Shown here: piece after piece, positions 19,450-29,688 of the stretch
Position numbering within the stretch: the stretch's first letter is position 1
Layout: every line of letters starts with the position of its first letter
IMG/VR virus record: IMGVR_UViG_647533160_000003
Length of the DNA: 64,000 nt
Reading direction: 5' to 3' (one strand)
Source of the DNA: a virus
Taxonomy: Duplodnaviria; Heunggongvirae; Uroviricota; Caudoviricetes
Notes under the pieces: model-generated
The model's database searches: none
Seen by the model: the letters and a program-made list of their open reading frames with translations, nothing else
Told to the model about the DNA's origin: nothing
Made by a program: the position numbers and the translations under genes

Positions 19450-20553
19450 ATGAAAAATAGCTTTGACAGAGCACGCGCTGCGGAGAACACCTCAAAAGAG
19501 GCGATTGAGTATCTCGAAAGAGCATCTCAAATGCAGGCCGTTATGATCTCCCAGGTCAGCAATGACATGAGATTCTCGGACGCATTCATGTTATTCACTC
19601 GCTTATCTCTGCTGATAACAAGACGTCGGCCAGAGATCGCTGTTCATTGTATTTTGATACATGTTTTGCCGCACATTGCCGATGTAAAAGTAAGTGATAT
19701 TAATAGGTTCATGGTGAACCAACTGGTCAACCCACTAATACTGGATGGCAAAATTGTTATGGGTCGCCGCGTTTTCTCTCTGATGAAGCAGTTCCTCAGC
19801 TGGTGCGCCTTCCAGGGGATGATCGACGTGTCACCGTTAAACGATATGTCACTTAACAAAGTTGCCGGTGGCGCAAAGCCCACACCTCGCGAGCGGAAGC
19901 TGACCGACGCAGAGGTATGGGTGTTCTGGAATATATGGGACTACTTCAATGTGTGTGCTGGTACAAAATGGGCGGCCAGGCTATGTCTTGTATCCGCAAG
20001 ACGACCTGACGAAGTACTGCGGGCTAAAAAAAGTGAGTTCAATCTTAAGCGTGGGGTTTGGAATCAAGGCAAGAGGAACAAATCTGCCCGTGAGCATTCT
20101 CTGCCTTTAAGCTCATTAATGCGCACATGTATTGAAGAGTTGTTCGAATATGGTAAAGACAGCCAGTGGCTCGTGCCTTCGAATAAAAAAATCGGGAAAG
20201 ACCTTCCTATGTCTAAAGTGGCAATAGCCCAGGCATTACGTCGTATTCTGGAACGACCAGAACTGATGGAGCTTGAGCCATTTACACCCCGAGATTTGCG
20301 CCGTACTGCGCGTAGTTACTTCCCAGCATTAGGCATAAGCCAGGAGGTATCACGTAAAATCATGAACCACAGTCTTGAGGGGATAGATCGGGTCTACGAC
20401 CGGCACGATTATATGGACGAGATGCGAGACGCCTTAGAAAGTTTCTCGACGTACATCGCATCAATCGTAGAGCAACCGGATTTAGACGAAATTGACCACA
20501 AATTTAAGGGAGATCGTCTATCAACAGAGCTTATTCGTGTAAATTTTTCATAG
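19450..20553 (+). CDS. tyrosine recombinase/integrase, apparently lacking N-terminal arm-binding domain
   Basis: Catalytic-domain residues in order: R (FNVCAGTKWAARLCLVSARRPDE), H-x-x-R (RDLRRTARSY), NHS, C-terminal DRVYDRHDY; 367 aa. Confidence 0.7.
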   Translation: MKNSFDRARAAENTSKEAIEYLERASQMQAVMISQVSNDMRFSDAFMLFTRLSLLITRRRPEIAVHCILIHVLPHIADVKVSDINRFMVNQLVNPLILDGKIVMGRRVFSLMKQFLSWCAFQGMIDVSPLNDMSLNKVAGGAKPTPRERKLTDAEVWVFWNIWDYFNVCAGTKWAARLCLVSARRPDEVLRAKKSEFNLKRGVWNQGKRNKSAREHSLPLSSLMRTCIEELFEYGKDSQWLVPSNKKIGKDLPMSKVAIAQALRRILERPELMELEPFTPRDLRRTARSYFPALGISQEVSRKIMNHSLEGIDRVYDRHDYMDEMRDALESFSTYIASIVEQPDLDEIDHKFKGDRLSTELIRVNFS

Positions 20554-20940
20554 AGACTTTATGGCCTCAACAACCTTTTGTGATGCGCCTTTCTCTTTAC
20601 CGAATCGCTCGTTATATGCAGCAAGAACCTGTTTTTCGTCCTCGTTAAGAGGAGCAGTGCCTTCTTTGTATAAAAATGCTGCGAGTTCGGGTTGGCGTTC
20701 TTCCAGCACCATCATCATAAGACGACTTGGCTCAATACCCAGTGCCAGCGCCAGCGGACGAACCTTATCGATAGGCAAAGGAATTTTGCCGCTTTTAATT
20801 AAAGAAAGGTTGTTGGCGTTTTTATACCCAATTGTTTTGGCTATCTGGGCCTGGCTCATAGGTGAGGATTCAATCAACCCTGCGATAAAAGCAGCGTAGC
20901 GACTTTCTATAAATTCAATCTTGTTATCAGACATGGTCAC
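20548..20940 (-). CDS. HTH (XRE/Cro-CI-like) DNA-binding regulator
   Basis: Helix-turn-helix MSQAQIAKTIGYKNANNLSLIKSGK; convergent with integrase; palindrome motif copies in the next 170 bp. Confidence 0.6.
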   Translation of the reverse strand: MTMSDNKIEFIESRYAAFIAGLIESSPMSQAQIAKTIGYKNANNLSLIKSGKIPLPIDKVRPLALALGIEPSRLMMMVLEERQPELAAFLYKEGTAPLNEDEKQVLAAYNERFGKEKGASQKVVEAIKSL

Positions 20941-21185
20941 AACCTTTGCGCGTTCAATTCTCTCTGGTAAGTGCTTACCGATATTACATCAAAGGTTAGG
21001 GTTGTAAAGCTATTATCATTTTTTTCGATAGGCACTTAAAAGACCGGTTAAAGGCCATTGCACGGAGAAAAATTAGCCCAAAATAGGTAAGAAAAGTAAC
21101 TTGCATATGATATGAATGTATTCAGTATTGATACAAATTTTAGTAGTATTCCTTACCATAGTATAAGTTAGAATGGATTGATTGA

Positions 21186-21398
21186 ATGAACACCACTATT
21201 TCCAGCCTAATCGCTCTTGAGATCGGACACGTACAAAAATTAGCTGTTGAGTGTGTAACAGACATCCTTACCGATCTACCGAATGAGCAGATTCAGGTTG
21301 GTGTGAATGACACCACTGGCTTTATATTCGAACTTAACAACAAACGCTTCACGCTTCTCAATACCGGCTCCGGGTCTTTAGCCGTCAGAATCTGTTAA
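21186..21398 (+). CDS. hypothetical protein
   Basis: 70-aa ORF. Confidence 0.35.
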   Translation: MNTTISSLIALEIGHVQKLAVECVTDILTDLPNEQIQVGVNDTTGFIFELNNKRFTLLNTGSGSLAVRIC

Positions 21399-21496
21399 CC
21401 CCTCTTCTCCCTGCGCGAATGGCTTAGTTCCCTGTTCGCGCAGTGCTACATTAAACACACTAGTAAATAATTTGTTTTCATAACAAAGGATTAGCC

Positions 21497-23605
21497 ATGT
21501 CTAAAAAACGTTCCATCAAAGAGGTTCAGGACTTCCGTGACAGTGTAAAACGAGTAGTCGCTCTCCTTTCAGGTAAAAACATCCCTGTTGCAGAACGAGG
21601 GGACGACGCTTATGTACGCTATAACGATGATGGAGAGCCAATTCTCGTAAACATCCCATCAATCCCGGATAACGCAACACCGGCATTGATGAATGCTGTG
21701 CGCGGATTTCTCGATCATGAGGTTGCTCACATTTTGTTTACCGATATTCGTGTGTCCAACAAAATGAGAGAAAAAGGACGCGTTCCTTCCTGGTCGCTAT
21801 GGAATGCCTTAGAAGACGTGTTCATCGAGCGAAAAATGGGTCAGGTCTTTAACGGAACAAGACGTAATCTGATGGCAACTCAGCGCCTTATAATCGAAAA
21901 AGTCTTTAAACCAAAGGCTTCAGAGGCTATTGCTTATTGTGGCAAAGATCAGCGCGCGCTTTTTCTAAACTTCTTTCTCTGTCCGGTTGTAAGAGCCTGG
22001 GATGGCCAAGCACCGTTCGTAGATTTCATGGATGAATACTGGCCTGTCATTGAGAAACCAATTTCATTATTAAAAGAACATGGTATCGATGTGGCCGTGC
22101 GTAACATGTCCTGCACCGAGGATTGTGTAAAGGTGGCTGCGACCATAGCTAAGATCCTCAAAGACACTGAAAGTGAAAGCAAAGGTAAGGAGTCAGCTCC
22201 GGGAAAAACTCCCGATCCTTCAGACGCTGACCAAGCGGATTCCTCTGGAGAAAGTAATGAAGACAATGAAGATCACAAGACACATGAGATGCTAGATAAC
22301 CACATATCTATAGATGATGACTCACAAGGTAAGTACATACATGATAATAACGATAGTGATGATTCAGATAATTCTGAATCATCAGAAACAATATTCGATG
22401 ATACAAAAAATGATAAAGAGGTATTAGATTCTGATACTTCCAATAGCGCGACGACAGAAGCAACTACCTCGGATCACGAAAAAAGAAAAACGGCAGAAGA
22501 CGGCTCTTCAGACATTCCCACTCCGTCCAAAATGAGTCTGGAAGAGGCTTTAGAGGAGCTTGATAGCATGGAAGATGAAGTCGGAGGCATGACAGAAGAT
22601 GCACTATCCGAAACGATTAAAAGCGAGTTAACAGAAAGCTCGAAAAGCGAATACAGGCCATACAATCGCTCATACGACTTCATCGGTTCGATTGATCAGG
22701 CAGAAGCCCATATCAAACGGCTTATTAAAACATTCTCCGATATTGATTTAGGTGGATATCCAATCAGCCGTTATCGCATCGTTCCTGAAGGCAACCAACT
22801 CTTCGACAAATATATTGAAAAGCATCTTTCGTCAGGTGTTTCGTCGACGCTGGCAAAAGACCTGGAGCGTGCAATTGCAAGCAGAAACAGAGTTCAGTTT
22901 ATACCGGGCCAGCGTCGGGGGCGCATTCATGGTTCTAGTATCTACAGATTAGCAATGAATGATGATCGCGTGTTTCGTAAAAAAGAAGAATCTAAGGCCG
23001 TTAACGCCTGTGTTCAACAAGTGATTGATTTATCAGGTTCAATGAGCGGCGAAACGATTAAACTGGCTCTTGCAAGTGCATATACCATCGCCGATGCGCT
23101 TGATCGAATAAATGTTCCCAACATTATCACCGGCTTCACAACATTTGGTAGTCATATGGCAGCAGGAGAGCTTAAGGCAATCAAGTATGAGTTCTCTCGC
23201 TTTGAATCTTTAATGCTACCTATCATCAAAAATTGGAATGAAAAGGCCAATTCTCGCGAAGTTCGCTCACGTATGGGGTGCGTAGGCTACACATTCCCAC
23301 TTCTTAATAACGTGGATGGTGAAAGCATAGCCAGCCTTGCATCGTTATTTTCTGGTCGCATGGAGGACAAGAAGATCATGCTTGTTCTAAGCGATGGCGC
23401 GCCGTGGGCTGTTGGGAGAGGTTTTGACGCTCATTTGCGTTCGGTTGCGAAGCAAATTGAAACGCAGACTGACATTGATTTGATGGCAATTGGCATCATG
23501 ACTGACGCACCGGAGAGATTTTACGCAAACCATGCCCTGGTAACGAGCGTTGATAGTCTTGGTTCATCTGTAGTTACTGAACTATCTCGTATCATTTTGA
23601 AGTGA
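21497..23605 (+). CDS. vWA-domain protein (CobT-like), with long acidic linker
   Basis: MIDAS motif VIDLSGSMSG in C-terminal third; central D/E/S-rich low-complexity region. Confidence 0.65.
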   Translation: MSKKRSIKEVQDFRDSVKRVVALLSGKNIPVAERGDDAYVRYNDDGEPILVNIPSIPDNATPALMNAVRGFLDHEVAHILFTDIRVSNKMREKGRVPSWSLWNALEDVFIERKMGQVFNGTRRNLMATQRLIIEKVFKPKASEAIAYCGKDQRALFLNFFLCPVVRAWDGQAPFVDFMDEYWPVIEKPISLLKEHGIDVAVRNMSCTEDCVKVAATIAKILKDTESESKGKESAPGKTPDPSDADQADSSGESNEDNEDHKTHEMLDNHISIDDDSQGKYIHDNNDSDDSDNSESSETIFDDTKNDKEVLDSDTSNSATTEATTSDHEKRKTAEDGSSDIPTPSKMSLEEALEELDSMEDEVGGMTEDALSETIKSELTESSKSEYRPYNRSYDFIGSIDQAEAHIKRLIKTFSDIDLGGYPISRYRIVPEGNQLFDKYIEKHLSSGVSSTLAKDLERAIASRNRVQFIPGQRRGRIHGSSIYRLAMNDDRVFRKKEESKAVNACVQQVIDLSGSMSGETIKLALASAYTIADALDRINVPNIITGFTTFGSHMAAGELKAIKYEFSRFESLMLPIIKNWNEKANSREVRSRMGCVGYTFPLLNNVDGESIASLASLFSGRMEDKKIMLVLSDGAPWAVGRGFDAHLRSVAKQIETQTDIDLMAIGIMTDAPERFYANHALVTSVDSLGSSVVTELSRIILK

Positions 23606-23700
23606 TTAGAATAGCCTTAATGATAAGTAATCACTTACGATATTTGATGGTATATTTATATAAGAAGTTGAAAGCTCATTAGAAAACAAAGGAAAAACGC

Positions 23701-24936
23701 ATGACTACTACTGCACTGCAAAATGAAAAAAATCCTTCTGATTACCTTGTTTGCAAGTGGTGCGGAAAATCATTTCACTATTTTAAGTCCCATGTAGCCA
23801 ATGGTAATTGCGAGGGCATTCCTGAGTCAGTAAAAGATGCCGATCCTGACACCGTACTGAAAATGTACACAACGCAGTTTCCAGATGAGCCAACGCTATC
23901 GAAAAAGGCACTTGATGCAATTCAAGCTAAACGTGCCGAGCAAAAAAGCGAAATGGCCAAATCATCTGGCGTGACCAATAGCCCAGGCTATACAGGCACA
24001 GTTGAGTACAAGACAGATCTGGTCGCAGCTCACGAACTGCTAAATGTAACGGTGAAAGAACTCGGAACAAAACGTGGGACGCCGCTCATGGTTAGCGTCA
24101 ACGTCAATACGCCGTTTCCAGAGTTCGTTCCAGAAGTGAAGAAGGGATACGTATATGGCGACTTCGAACTAATCAAAGACATTTTCATGATGCTTGAACT
24201 TGGCATACCAGGCTATTTGTGGGGTCATGCAGGAACAGGCAAATCTTCATTGCCTACACAACTATGTGCTTTGCTCAATCGTCCGTTAATCCGTGCCCAA
24301 CATACAGCATCAATGGAAGAGGCTCATGTTACGGGACAAATTCTGGCGCGTGATGGCTCTACGTATTTCGAGCCTGGCTTGCTTGCGCTCGCAATGAAGC
24401 ATGGCTGGGTTTACCTCGCGGATGAATACGACTTTGCGTTTCCACAGATTCTTGGCGTGTATCAGCCAGTGCTGGAAGGTGAAGCGTTGGTCATCAAAGA
24501 GGCGACTCAAGAATGGCGTCGCATTACTCCGCATGAACGGTTTGCTTTCATTGGCACTGGCAACACGAACGGATCTGGTGATGAAACCGGCTTGTACCAG
24601 GGTACAAACATCCAGAACGCCGCTAACTTTTCGCGTTTTGGCATCGTTTCGAATGTGAAATACATGAGCAAAGAGGCAGAGATCAACATGTTGATAAATG
24701 CTGGCATCGTGGATGAATACGCTGAAAAGATGGTTAAGTTTGCCGGTATCGTTCGCGATGGATACGAAGAACACCTGATCAGTCAGCCGATTGGCCCTCG
24801 TGAACTTTTGTTGTCGGCCAAGATTGGAATGATGCGAGGCGACTTTGTGACAGGTATTGAGCGTTCTTTCATTAACAAACTCCCTTCAGCTTCTGCGCAA
24901 GCGGCACGTGAAGTTGTTCAAAAAATATTTGGTTAA
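23701..24936 (+). CDS. AAA+ ATPase (CobS/MoxR-like)
   Basis: Walker A GHAGTGKSS, Walker B VYLADEYD; paired with upstream vWA protein. Confidence 0.7.
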   Translation: MTTTALQNEKNPSDYLVCKWCGKSFHYFKSHVANGNCEGIPESVKDADPDTVLKMYTTQFPDEPTLSKKALDAIQAKRAEQKSEMAKSSGVTNSPGYTGTVEYKTDLVAAHELLNVTVKELGTKRGTPLMVSVNVNTPFPEFVPEVKKGYVYGDFELIKDIFMMLELGIPGYLWGHAGTGKSSLPTQLCALLNRPLIRAQHTASMEEAHVTGQILARDGSTYFEPGLLALAMKHGWVYLADEYDFAFPQILGVYQPVLEGEALVIKEATQEWRRITPHERFAFIGTGNTNGSGDETGLYQGTNIQNAANFSRFGIVSNVKYMSKEAEINMLINAGIVDEYAEKMVKFAGIVRDGYEEHLISQPIGPRELLLSAKIGMMRGDFVTGIERSFINKLPSASAQAAREVVQKIFG

Positions 24937-24938
24937 TC

Positions 24939-25142
24939 GTGCGTAAAGGATGTTTCGGCTCTCTTATCGCTGCTTCTGAAACTGGCAAGGCTTGTCTGGT
25001 GTGTCCAGACAAGCCCGATTGTCACCAATCAGCAAAAGAAGTTGCGATTTCGATGTATGGGAAGTTCGTAGGCTTCCCCAATGACAAAATCAAAAAAACC
25101 AGAAAGGTAAAAACACATGAAGGCTCTGATGGTTCGAACTGA
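24939..25142 (+). CDS. small Cys-rich hypothetical protein
   Basis: 67-aa ORF between AAA+ gene and polymerase, overlaps polymerase start. Confidence 0.3.
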   Translation: MRKGCFGSLIAASETGKACLVCPDKPDCHQSAKEVAISMYGKFVGFPNDKIKKTRKVKTHEGSDGSN

Positions 25143-28100
25143 CTTCTCTCTTGGGGAGTCGGCTCTAAAAGCAGAAAACGCGGTGAAGATTGCCAGAGAA
25201 GCTGGCTACACCGCTGTAATTTCGGCAGATAGCATGAATATTGCGAGTGTTATTCCACTACAACGTGCCGCTGGTGACGACATGGCGGTTATTTGTGGTG
25301 TGAAACTAAACATTGTTGATGATCCCACATACGAGCACCGGGCTAAACTTGCTAAAGAGTCTATGGGATGTATGGAATCATTAGAGCGTGGGCGGAACTA
25401 CTCCTTTACCGCTCTAATTAAAAATGAGCAGGGATATCGAGACATCTGCGAACTAATGACGGCGGCCAACACACGAGAACAGTTCTACTTTGTACCGCGT
25501 CTCTCGCTCGAACAGTTGGTTTCTACATATGCCAAAGGCAACATCATCCTGCTCACTGCCGACATCGGTAGCGTGTACCAACGCAACGATTTTGCAAAAA
25601 TCATAAGCTCACTGATTACAGCGGGTGGAAAAAACAACTTCTATAGTGTGGTTTATCCGCACCCTACCCCATTCTACGACCAGATTAACGTCCGGGCGAT
25701 GAAAGTCGCCAGCGCACTGAAAATAGAGCCAGTAGCGTTCTATCCCGCTTATTACGAATCGATCGACGATGCAGACATTAAAGACATTGCGCACATGGTT
25801 ACGAACAACATCAAAATCGACCAGCCGCATCGTCTGCGTATCCCCCACCAGCGAGATAACGCCGTCAATGGTCGCCGCCATCTCCTTGAGGCGCTGAAAG
25901 CCTTCTCCGTTCGCATGGATGTGCCGGTAACAGCCGCAATGGCCTCAACAACGCAGGATACCATTATCGATGCCTGCACATGGCGCTGGCATGAATTGCC
26001 ACCAGCACTGCCAAAGATGGCAGACGACGAGCCTGCAACGCTGATGAAACTGGCCGTTGCTGGGCTGCGTAAACGTCTTACCACAAAAGAGTTTGGCTAC
26101 ACACCACCGGCTTCTGAGAACAGGGTTTATGTTGAGCGACTTAAGTACGAAATGGACACGCTTACTCGCCTGGGATTTTGTGGTTACTTCCTGATGGTAC
26201 GCGATCTGATGAATCACAGCCGTGAAACTGGCATTCCTGTCGGGCCTGGTCGTGGTTCCTCCGCTGGCTCTTTGGTGGCATGGTGCATAGGCATAACCAA
26301 CGTCGACCCTATCCGTCACGGTCTTCTGTTTGAACGTTTCATCAACCCTGAGCGTCTCGACTTGCCAGATGCGGACTTGGACTTCAGCCAGGCACGTCGC
26401 CATGAGGTGATCGAGTATCTGAATGAACGCTACGGCGAAGATTACGTTGCAGGCATTCCGAACTTCACCTACCTGGGCGCGGCCTCTGCACTACGTGACA
26501 CCGCTCGTATTTATGGTGTGGAGTCCGCAGATATGGCGGTATCAAAAGAACTGAAGAACGTCGAGGATGATAGCCTTCCATTGGAAGAGCTGCGCGAACA
26601 ACTGGCAAGCCTCGACAAATACGCGACAAAATATCCTGATGCATTCAATGCAGCCTGCAAGTTACAAAGCCTTATGCGTGGCTATGGTAGACATGCGGCA
26701 GGGATGATCGTAGCAGGTGTTCCTCTGACAGAACGAACACCGGTTGAACGACGTGGTGACGCGCGTTGTATCGCATTTGACAAGCGTTACTGCGAGGCTA
26801 TGGGCCTAATTAAGCTGGACGTACTTGGCCTGGCGACTCTCGATTTGCTCGATAGTGCAAAACGCTACATTAAAGAGAACACAGGTGAGGATATCAATCT
26901 TGATGCCATTTCTCTTGAAGATCGCAAGGTGCTGGATGGTTTTGCTGCTGGGTACACTCAAGGTGTTTTCCAGCTTGAATCAGGCCCAATGCGCAAGCTG
27001 CTTAAAGATTTAGGTGGTGGAATTGAGCCAATGAGCTTTAAAACGGTCGTTGCTACGACTGCGCTCTTCCGGCCGGGGCCAATTCAGTCAGGCATGTTGG
27101 ATGATTATGTTTCTGTCGCCAAAGGCTTTATGACGCCGGAATCATTACACCCCGTTCTTGATGAACTTACCGCAGAAACAAATGGCGTGATTCTCTATCA
27201 GGAACAGACGATGAACGCGACTCGATTGCTTGCCGGCTTCACAATGGCTGAAGCTGACGGCGTTCGTAAAGCGATCGGCAAAAAAGACATGGAGAAAATG
27301 AAGAGCATGGGTGAGAAGTTCATCGTTCAGGCTCAAGCTGGCTGGATCGACGTTGAGCTGGAAGATGGCACTACACAGCGCATTCACCGTGCGGAACATT
27401 TTAAATGCGAAGACGGAACTCTGAAAACTGTCGAAGAGGCACTTGAGTTCGGTGCAAAACTACCTATAAACGCAGTACGCGTTACAGCGTCACATCCAGG
27501 GCTATCAGAGATGAAAGCGAAGGAGATCTGGACCGCATTCGAAAAGAATGGTGCCTACCAGTTCAACAAATCACACTCTGTTGCTTACTCCTTAATCAGT
27601 TATCAATCTATGTGGTTGAAAACTCATTATCCCGCAGAGTTTTTCGCTGCTGCTCTCACTATTCTTGGCGAAGATAAACACCAGGGGCTGGTTAAAGATG
27701 CGCTGACCTATGGTATTCGCGTATTGCCACCAGACGTTAACGTGTCATCTAACCGAATCGAGATCCGCACGCTTGAAGATGGCAGCCAGGTGCTGTATGC
27801 GCCCTTCTCTGCTGTGAAGGGGTGTTCTGAGAATGGCTGCCAGGCCATCATGAGAGCGCGAGAAAAGGTTGGCGGCAAATTCGAGTCACTTGCGCAATTC
27901 GAAGAAGCTGTCGAGAAACGTGCCTGTAATAGTCGAGTGCGCGAATCGCTGCAAAAAGTAGGGGCGTTTGCATCCATCGAGCCAGGTAGTCTGCCAGCAA
28001 CTGATCCAGAGCGCCTCCGCGACCAGGCTGAATTGATGGGAAACCTTGTCATAGATGCAGTTAAAGCCTCACGTCCGTTTGAGATGAACCCCAAACGTTC

Positions 28101-28635
28101 GGCTGAGATTAACGTGCTCATGACACGGATGGCGGCTGAAATGGGCTTAGGTGATGAACTAATCCGCCCCAGCATTGGTATTAAGCCGAAAATCATGATC
28201 ATTCTGGACAATGCGAACGGCAATGATGCTCGAACCGGTTACTTTATGGAGAACGGATACGACGATTTTAAGGCCAAGCTATTGACGGCTGGAGATTTAC
28301 GCATGGGCGATCTCTATGTCACAGGCGTTTGCAAGAAGGTTAAAGACAAAGAAAAAGACTACACCAAAGACGAGATCGGCCAGTTCACCGACTTTATGCG
28401 TGAAGAGATCAATCTGGTGCGTCCGACCTATGTGCTGACGTGTGGCAGCCGGGCAACGTCGCTCTTCAACAACAAGATCAAACCATCCGACCTGGTTGGA
28501 CGCAAAGAGTATCTGCCGGAGCTGGATGTGACTGTTTTCTACGGATTTAACCCGAATATTTTGTACTTTCGCCCAGAGGAAGGCGAAAAGCTGGAAGCAA
28601 TTCTGGCAGAGGTAGCGGAGACTATTAGCAAATGA
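25117..28635 (+). CDS. dnaE: DNA polymerase III alpha subunit (DnaE-like, PHP domain)
   Basis: 1172 aa; N-terminal PHP region; core motifs GLIKLDVLGLATLD and FNKSHSVAYS. Confidence 0.85.
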   Translation: MKALMVRTDFSLGESALKAENAVKIAREAGYTAVISADSMNIASVIPLQRAAGDDMAVICGVKLNIVDDPTYEHRAKLAKESMGCMESLERGRNYSFTALIKNEQGYRDICELMTAANTREQFYFVPRLSLEQLVSTYAKGNIILLTADIGSVYQRNDFAKIISSLITAGGKNNFYSVVYPHPTPFYDQINVRAMKVASALKIEPVAFYPAYYESIDDADIKDIAHMVTNNIKIDQPHRLRIPHQRDNAVNGRRHLLEALKAFSVRMDVPVTAAMASTTQDTIIDACTWRWHELPPALPKMADDEPATLMKLAVAGLRKRLTTKEFGYTPPASENRVYVERLKYEMDTLTRLGFCGYFLMVRDLMNHSRETGIPVGPGRGSSAGSLVAWCIGITNVDPIRHGLLFERFINPERLDLPDADLDFSQARRHEVIEYLNERYGEDYVAGIPNFTYLGAASALRDTARIYGVESADMAVSKELKNVEDDSLPLEELREQLASLDKYATKYPDAFNAACKLQSLMRGYGRHAAGMIVAGVPLTERTPVERRGDARCIAFDKRYCEAMGLIKLDVLGLATLDLLDSAKRYIKENTGEDINLDAISLEDRKVLDGFAAGYTQGVFQLESGPMRKLLKDLGGGIEPMSFKTVVATTALFRPGPIQSGMLDDYVSVAKGFMTPESLHPVLDELTAETNGVILYQEQTMNATRLLAGFTMAEADGVRKAIGKKDMEKMKSMGEKFIVQAQAGWIDVELEDGTTQRIHRAEHFKCEDGTLKTVEEALEFGAKLPINAVRVTASHPGLSEMKAKEIWTAFEKNGAYQFNKSHSVAYSLISYQSMWLKTHYPAEFFAAALTILGEDKHQGLVKDALTYGIRVLPPDVNVSSNRIEIRTLEDGSQVLYAPFSAVKGCSENGCQAIMRAREKVGGKFESLAQFEEAVEKRACNSRVRESLQKVGAFASIEPGSLPATDPERLRDQAELMGNLVIDAVKASRPFEMNPKRSAEINVLMTRMAAEMGLGDELIRPSIGIKPKIMIILDNANGNDARTGYFMENGYDDFKAKLLTAGDLRMGDLYVTGVCKKVKDKEKDYTKDEIGQFTDFMREEINLVRPTYVLTCGSRATSLFNNKIKPSDLVGRKEYLPELDVTVFYGFNPNILYFRPEEGEKLEAILAEVAETISK

Positions 28636-28773
28636 ATAAAGAAAACACCATAAAGGAGGCCAAAGAGTTTATGAAAGTAAACAAGATTGGCGATGTGAGA
28701 TAGTACAGGCTGAAACGCCAGACCAGAGTCACTCTATCCAACATCTTGGGTAAGAAAGTCGCATAAATAAAAA

Positions 28774-28797
28774 ACCCGCCAATCGCGGGTTTCATTT
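28774..28797. terminator. bidirectional intrinsic terminator
   Basis: ACCCGC-CAATC-GCGGGT hairpin flanked by A-run and T-rich tract. Confidence 0.6.
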
Positions 28798-28853
28798 ATT
28801 AATTGCAGATTCCGTGTAGTGATAGTTATTAATTATCTTCCGCCAATAAGACA

Positions 28854-29444
28854 TCAACTTAACTCTTTTATCTGCTTCCAAGTTTCAATACCTATTTCAG
28901 TTAAAGCATTAAAGTAATCGTTTTTTATTTCCGCATACTTGGAATCATCAAAGTTCAGATTACCATTATTTTTTTCTTCGACGCATTCCATGAAAAATTT
29001 AAGTGCATCATTACATTTATTAAAAATAGTTTGCTGATGAGTTTTTTTAGGATTAAGCAATACAATTATCTGATTGCATTGAATCATTACAATTTTCGCC
29101 AGTTCGTCCCCAGCTTGTTGATATGTCGGGATTGCCTGCGGATTTATCGGTCGTTTTAATAAGTTGTAATTCATATCGAGATTCGCATAAAACTCACTAC
29201 TTCTTGACCTTAGCTCTTGAAGCCAACGAAGTCTTTCTGCGGTAATTATAGTTGCTTTTAATTTTTTATCTTCAATAGCAGCAGCAGAATTAATTTGTTC
29301 GTTTGTGCCTCGATATAACAAATATGCACCAATAGCAGCGCCTGCAATAGCTGATATTGAAGATATTACAGCAATCCAAATAGCAGAATGGTCAGGTTTC
29401 GTGTTCTCTGCTATTTGCTTTAATAAATTATAAATATCAAACAT
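28854..29444 (-). CDS. single-pass membrane protein, function unknown (AT-rich moron)
   Basis: 196 aa; one TM helix IWIAVISSISAIAGAAIGAYLLY; minus strand, very AT-rich. Confidence 0.55.
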   Translation of the reverse strand: MFDIYNLLKQIAENTKPDHSAIWIAVISSISAIAGAAIGAYLLYRGTNEQINSAAAIEDKKLKATIITAERLRWLQELRSRSSEFYANLDMNYNLLKRPINPQAIPTYQQAGDELAKIVMIQCNQIIVLLNPKKTHQQTIFNKCNDALKFFMECVEEKNNGNLNFDDSKYAEIKNDYFNALTEIGIETWKQIKELS

Positions 29445-29688
29445 GAGGATAATATTTCCTTTTAATTTGAATAATTAATGATAAATGCTGTGCGGAAACA
29501 TGAAGATTCTATCCTTTTCAAAACCCATATTTCTTTCGATTAAATCCACGAACACAATAGGAGAAACTCCTGCAATTAACAAGCCCTAAGAAATGGTTGT
29601 TCGAGCAGATAGCATAACGGTCTATCTTGGATTAGCGTTAATTTAAGCTCTATAATCAATACATCATGATAAGTGAGAATCTATCAAA

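Noticed and set aside
25609-26403. Three overlapping minus-strand ORFs (90-152 aa) inside the polymerase gene
   Set aside because: Antisense to a 1172-aa gene with strong motifs; GC-rich antisense frames commonly stay open by chance.
27708-28223. 171-aa minus-strand ORF inside the polymerase 3' region
   Set aside because: Antisense to polymerase coding sequence; Ser/Arg-rich low-complexity translation.
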